From assembly GCA_964444705.1 (NCBI GenBank), contig CAYUHX010000005.1, positions 1 to 61,770 of the forward strand: a stretch of 61,770 nt of DNA. The letters run 5' to 3'. A program made the position numbers and the translations under genes. Within the stretch, counting starts at the first letter, position 1, and every line of letters starts with the position of its first letter. The stretch is from an uncultured Gammaproteobacteria bacterium (GTDB lineage Bacteria > Patescibacteriota > Patescibacteriia > Magasanikbacterales > GWA2-37-8). Under the pieces are notes generated by a model, which did no database searches, was not told the DNA's origin, and saw only the letters and a program-made list of their open reading frames with translations. Shown one piece after another: positions 1 to 8,699 of the stretch.

Positions 1-1199
1 GCTTTGCGGGCTGGATATAAGCCAAAAATTAAACCAATAAATGCCGAAAAACCAACCGCAAGCACAATTGATTGCCAAGATATTGAATACACCCATTTAA
101 AGCCAGCTGCTGTGGCGCCCCAATAAATAAGAAAGGCAAACAATGCTCCTGCGACGACACCCACTACTCCCCCGCCAAGAGTTATCATTAACGCCTCACT
201 CAAGAATTGCCACAAAATATCTCGATACCTTGCCCCCAACGCTTTTCTTAAACCAATTTCAAAAGTGCGCTCAGCTACTGATACATACATGATATTCATA
301 ATACCCACGCCGCCCACCACAAGCGAAATACACACCAAGGCAACCAGTAAAAAAGTGAGTCCGCTTGCGACGCTTGCGATGGTTGATTGAGCTTCGGCCA
401 TGGTGTGGACACTAAAATCATCAGATTTTGCATCACTAATACCATGGTTGATACGCAAAACTTCTTCAAGATCTTGTTTAGTTTGATCAGCGCGTTTTTC
501 ATCTTTAAGTCTCGCAACGATGGAACTCATGTAATCAATGCCTAACAATTTTTTTTGCATGGTTTTTGTGGGCAAGACAATAAGATTATCCATATCGAAA
601 AAAAAGGCCGCGCCTCTTTTTTCAATGGTACCAGTAACACGAAATGGTTTACCTTTGATATAAATAGTTTTGCCGACAGGATTTTCATCACCAAATAATT
701 TTTCTTCAACCGTGGTGCCAAGCACTGCCACCTGAGCCAAACTTTCTTCTTCATCTTTACTAAAAAAACGTCCATTTTTCATGGTGAAACGTTCAACTTC
801 CGGCATGCTCGCGCCATGACCCATTAAAAGAACTTTTTTTATTTGATCTTGATAACTCACAATTTCTTGCCCAGTCACCATGCCATATCCAGTTAACACG
901 TTCGCATTTTTTAAAACCGAATTTAGATCAGTGTCTTTAAGAGTGGTGATTAAAATACCCGTGCTGCCTGGACCATTGCCGCTATCTTTTTTTCCATTTG
1001 GAACTTTTACTTCAATACTTATCATGTCTGATTGATAAATTTCGAGCTGCCCCATCACCAGGCGTTCAATTCCGCGGCCCGCTGCCATAATGACAATCAC
1101 CGCTGTAATGCCAATACTAATAGCAAGCATGGTTAAAAGTGTCCGTGTTTTTTGATGCCGAAGTGAGTGAAAAGCTAGTCGAACCGGGGTAAATCGCAT
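1..1199 (-). CDS. MacB/FtsX-family ABC efflux permease, C-terminus cut by the left window edge
   Basis: Absent from the ORF track because it runs off the window. Hand translation from ATG 1199..1197 gives MRFTPVRLAFHSLRHQKTRTLLTMLAISIGITAVIVIMAAGRGIERLV...GGVGIMNIMYVSVAERTFEIGLRKALGARYRDILWQFLSEAL... This shows an N-terminal TM, a MacB-type extracytoplasmic domain and FtsX C-terminal helices. It is a clear paralog of the next gene. Confidence 0.85.
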   Translation of the reverse strand, partial: MRFTPVRLAFHSLRHQKTRTLLTMLAISIGITAVIVIMAAGRGIERLVMGQLEIYQSDMISIEVKVPNGKKDSGNGPGSTGILITTLKDTDLNSVLKNANVLTGYGMVTGQEIVSYQDQIKKVLLMGHGASMPEVERFTMKNGRFFSKDEEESLAQVAVLGTTVEEKLFGDENPVGKTIYIKGKPFRVTGTIEKRGAAFFFDMDNLIVLPTKTMQKKLLGIDYMSSIVARLKDEKRADQTKQDLEEVLRINHGISDAKSDDFSVHTMAEAQSTIASVASGLTFLLVALVCISLVVGGVGIMNIMYVSVAERTFEIGLRKALGARYRDILWQFLSEALMITLGGGVVGVVAGALFAFLIYWGATAAGFKWVYSISWQSIVLAVGFSAFIGLIFGLYPARK

Positions 1200-1229
1200 A
1201 CATCAAGAAAGTAAAGTTAAATCATTGGT

Positions 1230-2465
1230 CTATTCATATCGAAGTGCTTCCATTGGATCAAGCCTACTGGCGCGACGAGCGGGCACCACCCCAAAAATAA
1301 AGCCAATGCCAATCGAAACTCCACACCCAAGAATAATTGACATGGGGGAAATAACTAAATCCCAGGAGTATCCTTTGCTCTGAGCAACTTCTGCAACAAG
1401 CACAGAAATGAGTGAGCCTAAAATAATACCAATCAGACCGCCTGCAAAAGTGATGACAATGGTTTCGATCAAAAATTGACTGACGATCTGACTGCTTTTG
1501 GCACCAACCGCCTTGCGGAGGCCAATTTCTTTCGTACGTTCTTGTACTGCGGCGAGCATGATGTTCATGATTCCAATACCACCAACTAAAAGTGAAATAG
1601 CAGAAATGGCTGCCAAAAAAAATCGTAATGCATTGGTGATGGTGCTAAGTGTATCAAGACCTTGGTTGGTAGACCGCACACTAAAATCGTCATTATCCGG
1701 GTTGTCGATATTATGACGGATGCGTAACGTTTGACGAATTGCTTCCATGCTACTATCTACTTGTTCGGCGCGTGCAATTTTTGCTCGAATAAAACTCACA
1801 TGACGAATGCCTAGAAGTGATTTCTGTACGCTTGTCACCGGTACAAACACTTGGTTATCCTGATTTTGAAAACCACTTGAGCCGCGTTCTTTCATGACAC
1901 CGATAATTTCAAAAACAGCTCGTTTAATTTTAATTTTTTCACCCAAAGGATTAAGATCGCCAAACAAATCTTTAGCCACACTACTTCCAAGCACCACCAC
2001 GCGCGCATTGCCATTTTCTTCTTCTTGATTAAAAAAACGGCCTTTCTCAACACGTGCATCTTCTACTTCTAAATAACTTGCAGAAGTACCAAGAATGGTT
2101 GTGTCTGTTTTGTTTTCATTCCATGTGATGGTGTCGGCACCACGCACGTATGATGCAACAGCTTTGATACTTGGAATGCTCGCAAGTAGAGCTTTACCGT
2201 CTTCGGCAGTGAGAGTTGTTATTACAATACCATAAGCTGCAGCAGGAGGTCCTTTATCATCAGATTTACCCGGAAGAATTCCTACCAAATTTGCACCCAA
2301 ACTTTTTACTTGATTAAGGATCAAACTTTGCGCTCCGGCGCCAACTGAAAGGATAATAATCATTGACATTACACCAATGACAATGCCAAGCATGGTTAAA
2401 AAAGAACGCACTTTATTGCGGCGAATGAGAGCAAGTGCATTCAAAATATTTCGAAAAAAATTCAT
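1230..2465 (-). CDS. MacB/FtsX-family ABC efflux permease (second tandem copy)
   Basis: 411 aa. N-terminal TM (RSFLTMLGIVIGVMSMIIILSVG), a large extracytoplasmic domain, and an FtsX block (GGIGIMNIMLAAVQERTKEIGLRKAVGAK) followed by 3 C-terminal TM helices. Confidence 0.9.
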   Translation of the reverse strand: MNFFRNILNALALIRRNKVRSFLTMLGIVIGVMSMIIILSVGAGAQSLILNQVKSLGANLVGILPGKSDDKGPPAAAYGIVITTLTAEDGKALLASIPSIKAVASYVRGADTITWNENKTDTTILGTSASYLEVEDARVEKGRFFNQEEENGNARVVVLGSSVAKDLFGDLNPLGEKIKIKRAVFEIIGVMKERGSSGFQNQDNQVFVPVTSVQKSLLGIRHVSFIRAKIARAEQVDSSMEAIRQTLRIRHNIDNPDNDDFSVRSTNQGLDTLSTITNALRFFLAAISAISLLVGGIGIMNIMLAAVQERTKEIGLRKAVGAKSSQIVSQFLIETIVITFAGGLIGIILGSLISVLVAEVAQSKGYSWDLVISPMSIILGCGVSIGIGFIFGVVPARRASRLDPMEALRYE

Positions 2466-2474
2466 TGAAAGAAA

Positions 2475-3209
2475 TTATTTGAGCAGATCTTCTTTATCGG
2501 CGGCAATTTGTCTACGCTCCACTATTTCATCTTTCAAAATTTCACCGTCTTTAATCTGAAGAATACGTTTGGCGTGTTCAGCGGTGGCACGTTCGTGAGT
2601 AACAAGAATAATAGTGTGGCCACTATCATTGAGCGACTGTAAAATTTTCATTACCTGCAAGCCAGATTTAGAATCCAAATTGCCGGTTGGCTCATCTGCA
2701 AAAATCACTTCGGGATTATTGATGAGCGCTCGAGCAATAGCAACACGTTGCTTTTCACCGCCCGAAAGCTGATTGGGTGAATGGCCTAAACGATGCGACA
2801 GTCCCACCGATTCAAGCATTTTTTTTCCGCGTTCTGTCTGCTCACTCGGAACAACCTTGCTGTATAAAAGCGGTAACGTCACATTTTCAAGAGCAGTGGC
2901 ACGGGGCAACAGGTTAAAAGCCTGAAAAACAAAGCCTACTTTTTCCCCGCGCATTTCCGCTAATCGATCGTCTGAAATGACACTGACATCTTCGCCGTTA
3001 AATAAATAACGACCACGAGTTAAGGTGTCAAGAAAACCAAGAATATGCATTAACGTCGACTTGCCCGAACCACTCGGACCCATGATGGCCACAAATTCTC
3101 CTTTTTGAATTTTAAAATTAAGTCCACGCAAAACCAACGTCGATACATCTCCATTGGTATATTCTTTTATGAGTTCTGCTACTTCAATAAGTGGAGTCGC
3201 GACACTCAT
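2475..3209 (-). CDS. ABC transporter ATP-binding protein, MacB/LolD type
   Basis: Walker [10 protein letters not shown], signature LSGGEKQR, Walker [13 protein letters not shown]-loop VTHE. Lies 9 nt upstream of the permease. Confidence 0.95.
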   Translation of the reverse strand: MSVATPLIEVAELIKEYTNGDVSTLVLRGLNFKIQKGEFVAIMGPSGSGKSTLMHILGFLDTLTRGRYLFNGEDVSVISDDRLAEMRGEKVGFVFQAFNLLPRATALENVTLPLLYSKVVPSEQTERGKKMLESVGLSHRLGHSPNQLSGGEKQRVAIARALINNPEVIFADEPTGNLDSKSGLQVMKILQSLNDSGHTIILVTHERATAEHAKRILQIKDGEILKDEIVERRQIAADKEDLLK

Positions 3210-3214
3210 AAAAA

Positions 3215-4942
3215 TTATTTTTTACTGACAATAATTTCTTGTCCCTCAGCAACACCTTCAAGCACCTCAACATTGCCTTCGTTTGCCTTGAGCCCAAGCT
3301 TCACAACCACTTCTTTTTCTTGACTGTTTTCGAGGACACGTACTTTCTTTTCGTCTCCATCAGTCCGTACGGTGCGCAAAGGGATATAGAGCACATTTTT
3401 TCGTGCGTTAGTGGTAATACTAATGTTCGCAGTCATGCCAGGTTTAATTGGTTTATCAGAATCATCAAGACTCAAACGTACTTTATAATAGACCACATCT
3501 TGAATTAAGGTTGATGCAGGATCAACAGTTAAAATCTTACCAGAAAGTTTTACATCACTGCCTAATGCATCAACAGTAATAACGGCTTGATCTCCCACTT
3601 TTAACTTAGACACATCTGTCTCAGACACATCAACTTTTACTTCATAGTGTGGAGAAAGCAAATTCATCGTCGCCTCATTTGAGGAAATAAATTCTCCTCT
3701 TTTTTTATTTACTTTGGTTACGACACCATCTATCGGCGCGACAATAATTGCTTTATTTCGATTCGCAATCGCCTGCGAAAGAATTGCCCGGAGCGGAGCA
3801 AGATCAACTTCACGTGGAGTTGTGATCTTGCCTTGATAGTTGGCAAGTGCCTGCTCATAAGCCGCTTCTTTAAGCGTCACAGCTGTTTGAGCATTTGCTT
3901 GTGCTTGGGCCAAATCCCGCACCGCCTTATCATAGGCAATAGAATATGAAATTAAGCTATTTTTGGCATTTGCAATGGCTTGGCTTTGATTAACCACAGC
4001 TGTATATTGCAAGGAAATACTCGAACGAGTAGCTTCAATGGTAGATTTTTTGGCATCAAGCGTCGCCTGTGGTAATGCCGTCACTGGCGCAGTTGCTCTC
4101 AACACTTCAGAAACACTAAGCAAAAGAGTACTCATACTAGAAAGAGCCTGCTCTGCATTCGTAATTCCTGAATCTATTTTTGACTGATCACTTGAGGTAG
4201 AAAGCGAGGCAATTTGTTGTCGAGCGGCATCACACGCCAATTTTGTGTTTTTAAAATACGCCACTGCTATGTTTAATTTACTGGTATCAAGGGCCGCTAA
4301 ATGCTGACGAAAACCTTCGTTGGCCGAGGTATTATCAACACCCAAAATGTTATCAGCTTGTGTCAGCGCATCATCAAGTTTACCAAGGGTTGACTGTAAA
4401 ATAGTCGCTGCGCTCTCATACGCTTGATGGACAATCTGACTGTCATTTCCTCCTTCTGCTAATTTTAAATTGTTTTTTGCGGTTGCTACAGCAGATTCAG
4501 CGCTTGCAACAGTATTTTGAGAGTCAATTTTGCTTTGATCTAAATTTGCCTTTGCCGCCGCCACTGCCGCCGCGTAATAAGTGCGGTCTTCACGCGTTGC
4601 TCCAGCAAGACGTTGATTTAAGTTCGCCTCTGCCTGAGCAATCGACGCATTCAGCTCTGATAAGCGCAGGGTGGCTAACACAGTGCCAGATTTAACCGAA
4701 TCTCCCTCTTTTACATTCACTGAATCAATAATACCAGGAAGTTCAAACCGAAGAGACAGATCATCAACTGCTTCAATTTTACCGGTTGGTTCAACAGTTT
4801 GAGTTAAATCACCACGGACTACTTTGACTGTTTCATAGCTCGGCGGTGTATGGGCTTTTTTATATTGACTATATCCCACCCCACCGACAAGCACCACCAC
4901 TCCAAGCAAAATATAGAATTTTTTTGTTTTAAAAAAAGACAT
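3215..4942 (-). CDS. HlyD/MacA-family membrane-fusion (periplasmic adaptor) protein
   Basis: N-terminal TM anchor. Split lipoyl-like hairpin halves (VKVVRGDL.. and APIDGVVTKVNKK) flank a long Ala/Gln-rich coiled coil, followed by a C-terminal beta-barrel region. First gene of the ABC operon. Confidence 0.85.
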   Translation of the reverse strand: MSFFKTKKFYILLGVVVLVGGVGYSQYKKAHTPPSYETVKVVRGDLTQTVEPTGKIEAVDDLSLRFELPGIIDSVNVKEGDSVKSGTVLATLRLSELNASIAQAEANLNQRLAGATREDRTYYAAAVAAAKANLDQSKIDSQNTVASAESAVATAKNNLKLAEGGNDSQIVHQAYESAATILQSTLGKLDDALTQADNILGVDNTSANEGFRQHLAALDTSKLNIAVAYFKNTKLACDAARQQIASLSTSSDQSKIDSGITNAEQALSSMSTLLLSVSEVLRATAPVTALPQATLDAKKSTIEATRSSISLQYTAVVNQSQAIANAKNSLISYSIAYDKAVRDLAQAQANAQTAVTLKEAAYEQALANYQGKITTPREVDLAPLRAILSQAIANRNKAIIVAPIDGVVTKVNKKRGEFISSNEATMNLLSPHYEVKVDVSETDVSKLKVGDQAVITVDALGSDVKLSGKILTVDPASTLIQDVVYYKVRLSLDDSDKPIKPGMTANISITTNARKNVLYIPLRTVRTDGDEKKVRVLENSQEKEVVVKLGLKANEGNVEVLEGVAEGQEIIVSKK

Positions 4943-5002
4943 AAGGTGAATTTTTAGTTTTGAGTTTTTAAATTATTTAAATTGAAACAAAAATACATTA
5001 TA

Positions 5003-5031
5003 TATGTATCATTTTAAAAGGATTTTGTCAA
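5003..5031 (-). promoter_or_regulatory. putative sigma70-type promoter of the efflux operon
   Basis: Minus strand: TTGACA (5031..5026), 17 nt, TACATA (5008..5003), about 60 nt upstream of the adaptor ATG. Confidence 0.35.
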
Positions 5032-5063
5032 TATTTAGCAAAATTTAGGCACTACAACCATTG

Positions 5064-6524
5064 CTATGTGTGCAGTTTTTCCCAATCAGCAACCGATGCC
5101 AAAAAACCGTCTTTTATCTTCATAAAATAGTCCCTAGCAGCTTCGTGTTCATTGGGAATTAAACCATCTAAAATAGCTTCCTCAATTGCTTTCTTAATTT
5201 TACCAACGGTTGGTCCTGGTTTTAATCCACACAATTCCATTATTTCTTCTCCTCGAACAGGTGACTGAAAAGCCCTCAATTTATCTTTATCAATCACCTC
5301 AGCCACTCTTTTTTCAAGCCAATCATAATTAGCAAGACGTTTTTCTTTTTTAAAAGGGTTACCAGTAGTTATGTCTGAACGACCTAAAATGAGCAAATCA
5401 TTTATTTCATCTCCCATTGTAACGATCAACCTTCGCACTGCTGAATCGGTAATGCCTTTATCCATGAGACTAATAGGTTGCATGTGCCAACGAATGAGCT
5501 TGGCCAGATAATCAGTGTGCTCTTTGGAAAATTTTAATCGTCGACCCAAAGCGTACATCATTTTTTTCCCCACATGCTCATGTGCATGAAATGTCCAACC
5601 GATACGTGGCACAAATTGTTTGGTTGCCGGCTTGCCAATATCATGAAAAAGACCAGCTAAACGCAACCACACATTCGAAGAACATTCAGCGATATTATCA
5701 ACTACCTTAAATGTATGAAGTAGGTTGTTTTTATGAGAGTGACCATAGACATCCTCTACGCCATCAAGCGCAACAATTTCTGGCAAAATAAGATCAAGTA
5801 ACTTGGTTTGAAATAATAAAGTAAGAGCTACAGAAGGTGTTGTACACGCACACATTTTAATAAGTTCTTCCTGCACGCGTTCGGCAGAAATAATTTTGAT
5901 ACGTTCTCGATTACGATAGATTGCTTCAAGCGTTGCTGGTTCAATCGAAAAATGCAACTGAGCCGCAAAACGAATAGCTCGCAGCATACGAAGCGGATCG
6001 TCAGTAAATGTAACATCGGGATCAAGGGGTGTTCGCAGTGTTCCTTCTACAATATCTTCTTTTCCTTTAAAGTAATCTACCAACGCTTTTGTTACTTTTT
6101 CAATAGCAACCTCGCCTTTATCGGCCCAGACACTCGTCGGCACTGCCATCGCATTAATGGTAAAATCGCGACGCGCCAAATCTTGTTTTAAATCAGTGAG
6201 CGTTACTTGAGGCTTACGGGAATTTTGTGTATACACCTCAGTTCGAGCACCTGCAAATTCGAGAATTATCTGAGCTTCTCCCTCACCTATCACATAACGA
6301 GCCGTATCAAAATCAGGAAATTCCACTAAACTCCCAAGCTCTTGCAGCGAAGAATCTACTATTTTTGCAAAAGACAAACCACTTCCTTCTACGACAAAAT
6401 CTATGTCTTTTTTTTGCGCACGTTGCATCAAAAAATCACGCACAAAACCACCAACGACATACACCGAGGTTTTATTTTTTTTGGCAACAATATTTATTTT
6501 TTTGATAAGATCTACCGCATTCAT
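5064..6524 (-). CDS. cca: CCA-adding tRNA nucleotidyltransferase / poly(A) polymerase family with HD domain
   Basis: N-terminal GGFVRD..DIDF nucleotidyltransferase motif, RRDFTINA, central HD motif (LFHDIGKP) and a C-terminal RNA-binding region. Confidence 0.85.
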   Translation of the reverse strand: MNAVDLIKKINIVAKKNKTSVYVVGGFVRDFLMQRAQKKDIDFVVEGSGLSFAKIVDSSLQELGSLVEFPDFDTARYVIGEGEAQIILEFAGARTEVYTQNSRKPQVTLTDLKQDLARRDFTINAMAVPTSVWADKGEVAIEKVTKALVDYFKGKEDIVEGTLRTPLDPDVTFTDDPLRMLRAIRFAAQLHFSIEPATLEAIYRNRERIKIISAERVQEELIKMCACTTPSVALTLLFQTKLLDLILPEIVALDGVEDVYGHSHKNNLLHTFKVVDNIAECSSNVWLRLAGLFHDIGKPATKQFVPRIGWTFHAHEHVGKKMMYALGRRLKFSKEHTDYLAKLIRWHMQPISLMDKGITDSAVRRLIVTMGDEINDLLILGRSDITTGNPFKKEKRLANYDWLEKRVAEVIDKDKLRAFQSPVRGEEIMELCGLKPGPTVGKIKKAIEEAILDGLIPNEHEAARDYFMKIKDGFLASVADWEKLHT

Positions 6525-6545
6525 GCAATCTTTGCTAGAGGCAAA

Positions 6546-7586
6546 CTAAATTTTCCGACGACTCCCCATTCTTTTGTCTGCTACCTCTTGACTCACAAGC
6601 CCCTCGGCAAGGAGTTGTTTGATTGAATTCTCCATCGTAATCATACCGTCTTTACTACCAGTTTGAATGACTGACTTAATTTGAGGAATATTGTTTTCAC
6701 GAATGAGGCTGCCAACGGCTGGAGTGTTAATTAATACTTCTCGTGCTGGTACTCGACCACCATTAATGGTTGGCAAAAGCTGTTGAGAAACTACGGTGCG
6801 CAGTACAGAAGAAAGCTGTATGAGAATTTGTTTTTGCTTTGAACCTTCAAACACATCAACCATACGTTCTATAGCCTCAGCTGCGCTGCCGGTATGCAAT
6901 GTGGAAATTACCAAGTGTCCAGTTTCGGCGGCGGTAATGGCCATAGCAATAGTTTCTGGATCACGCATTTCACCTACCATGATTACATTTGGATCTTGAC
7001 GGAGCACATACTTAAGCGCGTTCGCAAAAGAAAGCGTATCTGTGCCAACTTCGCGCTGTTCAATTAAACATTTTTGGCGTTTAAACTTAAATTCAATCGG
7101 ATCTTCAACTGTAATAATATGTGCACAACGATTTTTATTAATTTCCTCAACCAGCGAAGCAATCGTTGTTGATTTTCCATATCCAGTAGCACCCGTCACA
7201 AGCACCAATCCATCAATCAATTTGGGAATTTCATACAACGCAGGCTCAAAACGAAGTTGCTCAGGTGAAGGTATGTTTAACGGGATCAATCGCGCGGCAA
7301 GTCCAATGCGTTCATCTTGTTGATGTAAATTAACACGAAAACGAGTTCCTTCAACTTCATAACCAAAATCAAGTTCTTTTATCTCGTGATATGTTTGTTC
7401 TTGGGCCCGAGAAAGAATATTAAAAACAGCGGCCTGAAGTTCATCGTTAAGAAACGGTTTGGAATCAATTTCTTTAAGCAAACCATGCACCCGCATTAAA
7501 GGTGGTTCTCCTCCCACAAGATGAATATCTGAAGCGGTTTCATTGATAGCGGCTCGAAAAAACGGTTCAAGATTAAGCATACGCAA
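6546..7586 (-). CDS. pilT: type IV pilus retraction ATPase PilT
   Basis: 346 aa. ASDIHL, Walker A GATGYGKST, Asp box IITVEDPIE, Walker B VIMVGEMRD, His box TGHLVISTLHT, and the PilT-type C-terminus. Confidence 0.9.
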   Translation of the reverse strand: MRMLNLEPFFRAAINETASDIHLVGGEPPLMRVHGLLKEIDSKPFLNDELQAAVFNILSRAQEQTYHEIKELDFGYEVEGTRFRVNLHQQDERIGLAARLIPLNIPSPEQLRFEPALYEIPKLIDGLVLVTGATGYGKSTTIASLVEEINKNRCAHIITVEDPIEFKFKRQKCLIEQREVGTDTLSFANALKYVLRQDPNVIMVGEMRDPETIAMAITAAETGHLVISTLHTGSAAEAIERMVDVFEGSKQKQILIQLSSVLRTVVSQQLLPTINGGRVPAREVLINTPAVGSLIRENNIPQIKSVIQTGSKDGMITMENSIKQLLAEGLVSQEVADKRMGSRRKI

Positions 7587-7630
7587 AACAAGCTAAACTA
7601 AGAATTTAATTCTAACACATGCCGCTGTGC

Positions 7631-7659
7631 TTGAAAAGCAAAAAATCATGTGCTATTCT
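7631..7659 (+). promoter_or_regulatory. possible promoter for the tRNA-Pro tandem
   Basis: TTGAAA (7631..7636), 17 nt, TATTCT (7654..7659), about 95 nt upstream of the first tRNA. The homologous position in copy 2 is not conserved, so this is weak. Confidence 0.3.
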
Positions 7660-7756
7660 TATCTTCAGTTTTCCATACTTATTCGGGTTATACTACGGTA
7701 TAGGCCCTCAACACACGGAATAAACAGAATAAATTCTCTTTATTCTCTCACTCAAA

Positions 7757-7830
7757 CGGGCTATAGCGAAGTTGGCTATCGCGCATGCATGGGGTGCATG
7801 AGGTCGTGGGTTCAAGTCCCACTAGCCCGA
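7757..7830 (+). tRNA. tRNA-Pro (anticodon GGG), no encoded CCA
   Basis: Hand-folded cloverleaf: acceptor CGGGCTA/TAGCCCG, D arm GCGA-AGTTGGCTA-TCGC, anticodon arm CATGC-ATGGGGT-GCATG, T arm GTGGG-TTCAAGT-CCCAC, discriminator A. Confidence 0.9.
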
Positions 7831-7996
7831 CACATATGAAACTACTTAACTTTAAAGATTTCCTTAGTTTCACACGACACATGAACTTGGATTGCGTCAT
7901 CTGAAAAATTATTCCTCACTTATTCGGGCTATATTTCATATAGTCCATTCTCATTCGGAATAAACAGAATAAATTCTCTTTATTCTCTCACTCAAA

Positions 7997-8070
7997 CGGG
8001 CTATAGCGAAGTTGGCTATCGCGCATCGTTCGGGACGATGAGGTCGTGGGTTCAAGTCCCACTAGCCCGA
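7997..8070 (+). tRNA. tRNA-Pro (anticodon CGG), no encoded CCA
   Basis: Identical to the first tRNA except for the anticodon arm, CATCG-TTCGGGA-CGATG. Confidence 0.9.
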
Positions 8071-8076
8071 CAAACT

Positions 8077-8106
8077 AAAAGACCATTTATGGAATGGTCT
8101 TTTTTA
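8077..8106. terminator. bidirectional rho-independent terminator
   Basis: AAAA, AGACCATT, tatgg, AATGGTCT, TTTTT. Lies between the tRNA pair (+) and the convergent 8111..8545 gene (-). Confidence 0.75.
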
Positions 8107-8110
8107 TTAT

Positions 8111-8545
8111 CTATTTATTGAACCGATAAATTATTAAAACACCAATAAAAATGAGTGCACCACCCACAAGGACACTGGGAGTAACTTCGTTTTTTTTATA
8201 AAGAAGATATGAAAAAAGAGCAATAAAAATTGGATAAGAAATTTCAATCAAACCAGACAAAGTTGCATTTTTTGCGCTGATAGAAAAACCAATGCAAAGT
8301 GCAGCTAACATTGCCACTGTTGTTTCAGCGGCCATAAGCGAAAGAAGACTTTTCGAAGCATACAAAGTATTCAAATCTTTTTTTAAAAAACCTCCCACTG
8401 CAGCCAAAAGCAAAAAAACCAAACAGGTGACAAGATTGCTAATTGTAAGCGAAGTGAGTACAGAAATTTTTTTATACACTTGTTCACTAAGCACGTACGT
8501 TAACCCCCAAAAAAAAGAGGCACTTAATGCAAAAAAAATCCACAT
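8111..8545 (-). CDS. small EamA/DMT-superfamily membrane protein (single EamA-like half, about 4-5 TM)
   Basis: 144 aa, entirely hydrophobic helices. N-terminus IFFALSASFFWGLTYVLSEQ and C-terminus GGALIFIGVLIIY are typical of EamA repeats. Confidence 0.6.
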   Translation of the reverse strand: MWIFFALSASFFWGLTYVLSEQVYKKISVLTSLTISNLVTCLVFLLLAAVGGFLKKDLNTLYASKSLLSLMAAETTVAMLAALCIGFSISAKNATLSGLIEISYPIFIALFSYLLYKKNEVTPSVLVGGALIFIGVLIIYRFNK

Positions 8546-8699
8546 AAATTAAAAAATTGAGAAATTATTCTATTTAATATTTATTTTTCGTATTGTTTTT
8601 TCGTTGCTCAATGTAAATGCAAAAAATGTGCTTAAATTTGGGTTTTTTGACAATATATCCTAATTTTGGGTTGGTAATTTTTATAACATTTTGCAAAAA

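Larger units (their letters stand above)
7671..8070 (+). repeat. tandem duplication (period about 240 nt) of a leader plus tRNA-Pro unit
   Basis: 7671-7830 and 7912-8070 align. The block TTCCnnACTTATTCGGG, a hairpin, then the 41-nt leader CGGAATAAACAGAATAAATTCTCTTTATTCTCTCACTCAAA (7716-7756 = 7956-7996, identical), and the tRNA body. Confidence 0.85.

Noticed and set aside
296-775. ORF-track entries 296..517 and 542..775 (minus strand), and similar short or antisense ORFs elsewhere (for example 7627..7839, 31934..32350, 33035..33487, 54923..55192, 58001..58456).
   Set aside because: They lie in alternative frames or antisense to long ORFs with clear family motifs. In one case the ORF overlaps a tRNA. 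Their translations are low-complexity and show no motifs. The real gene at 1..1199 is in another frame and runs off the window.
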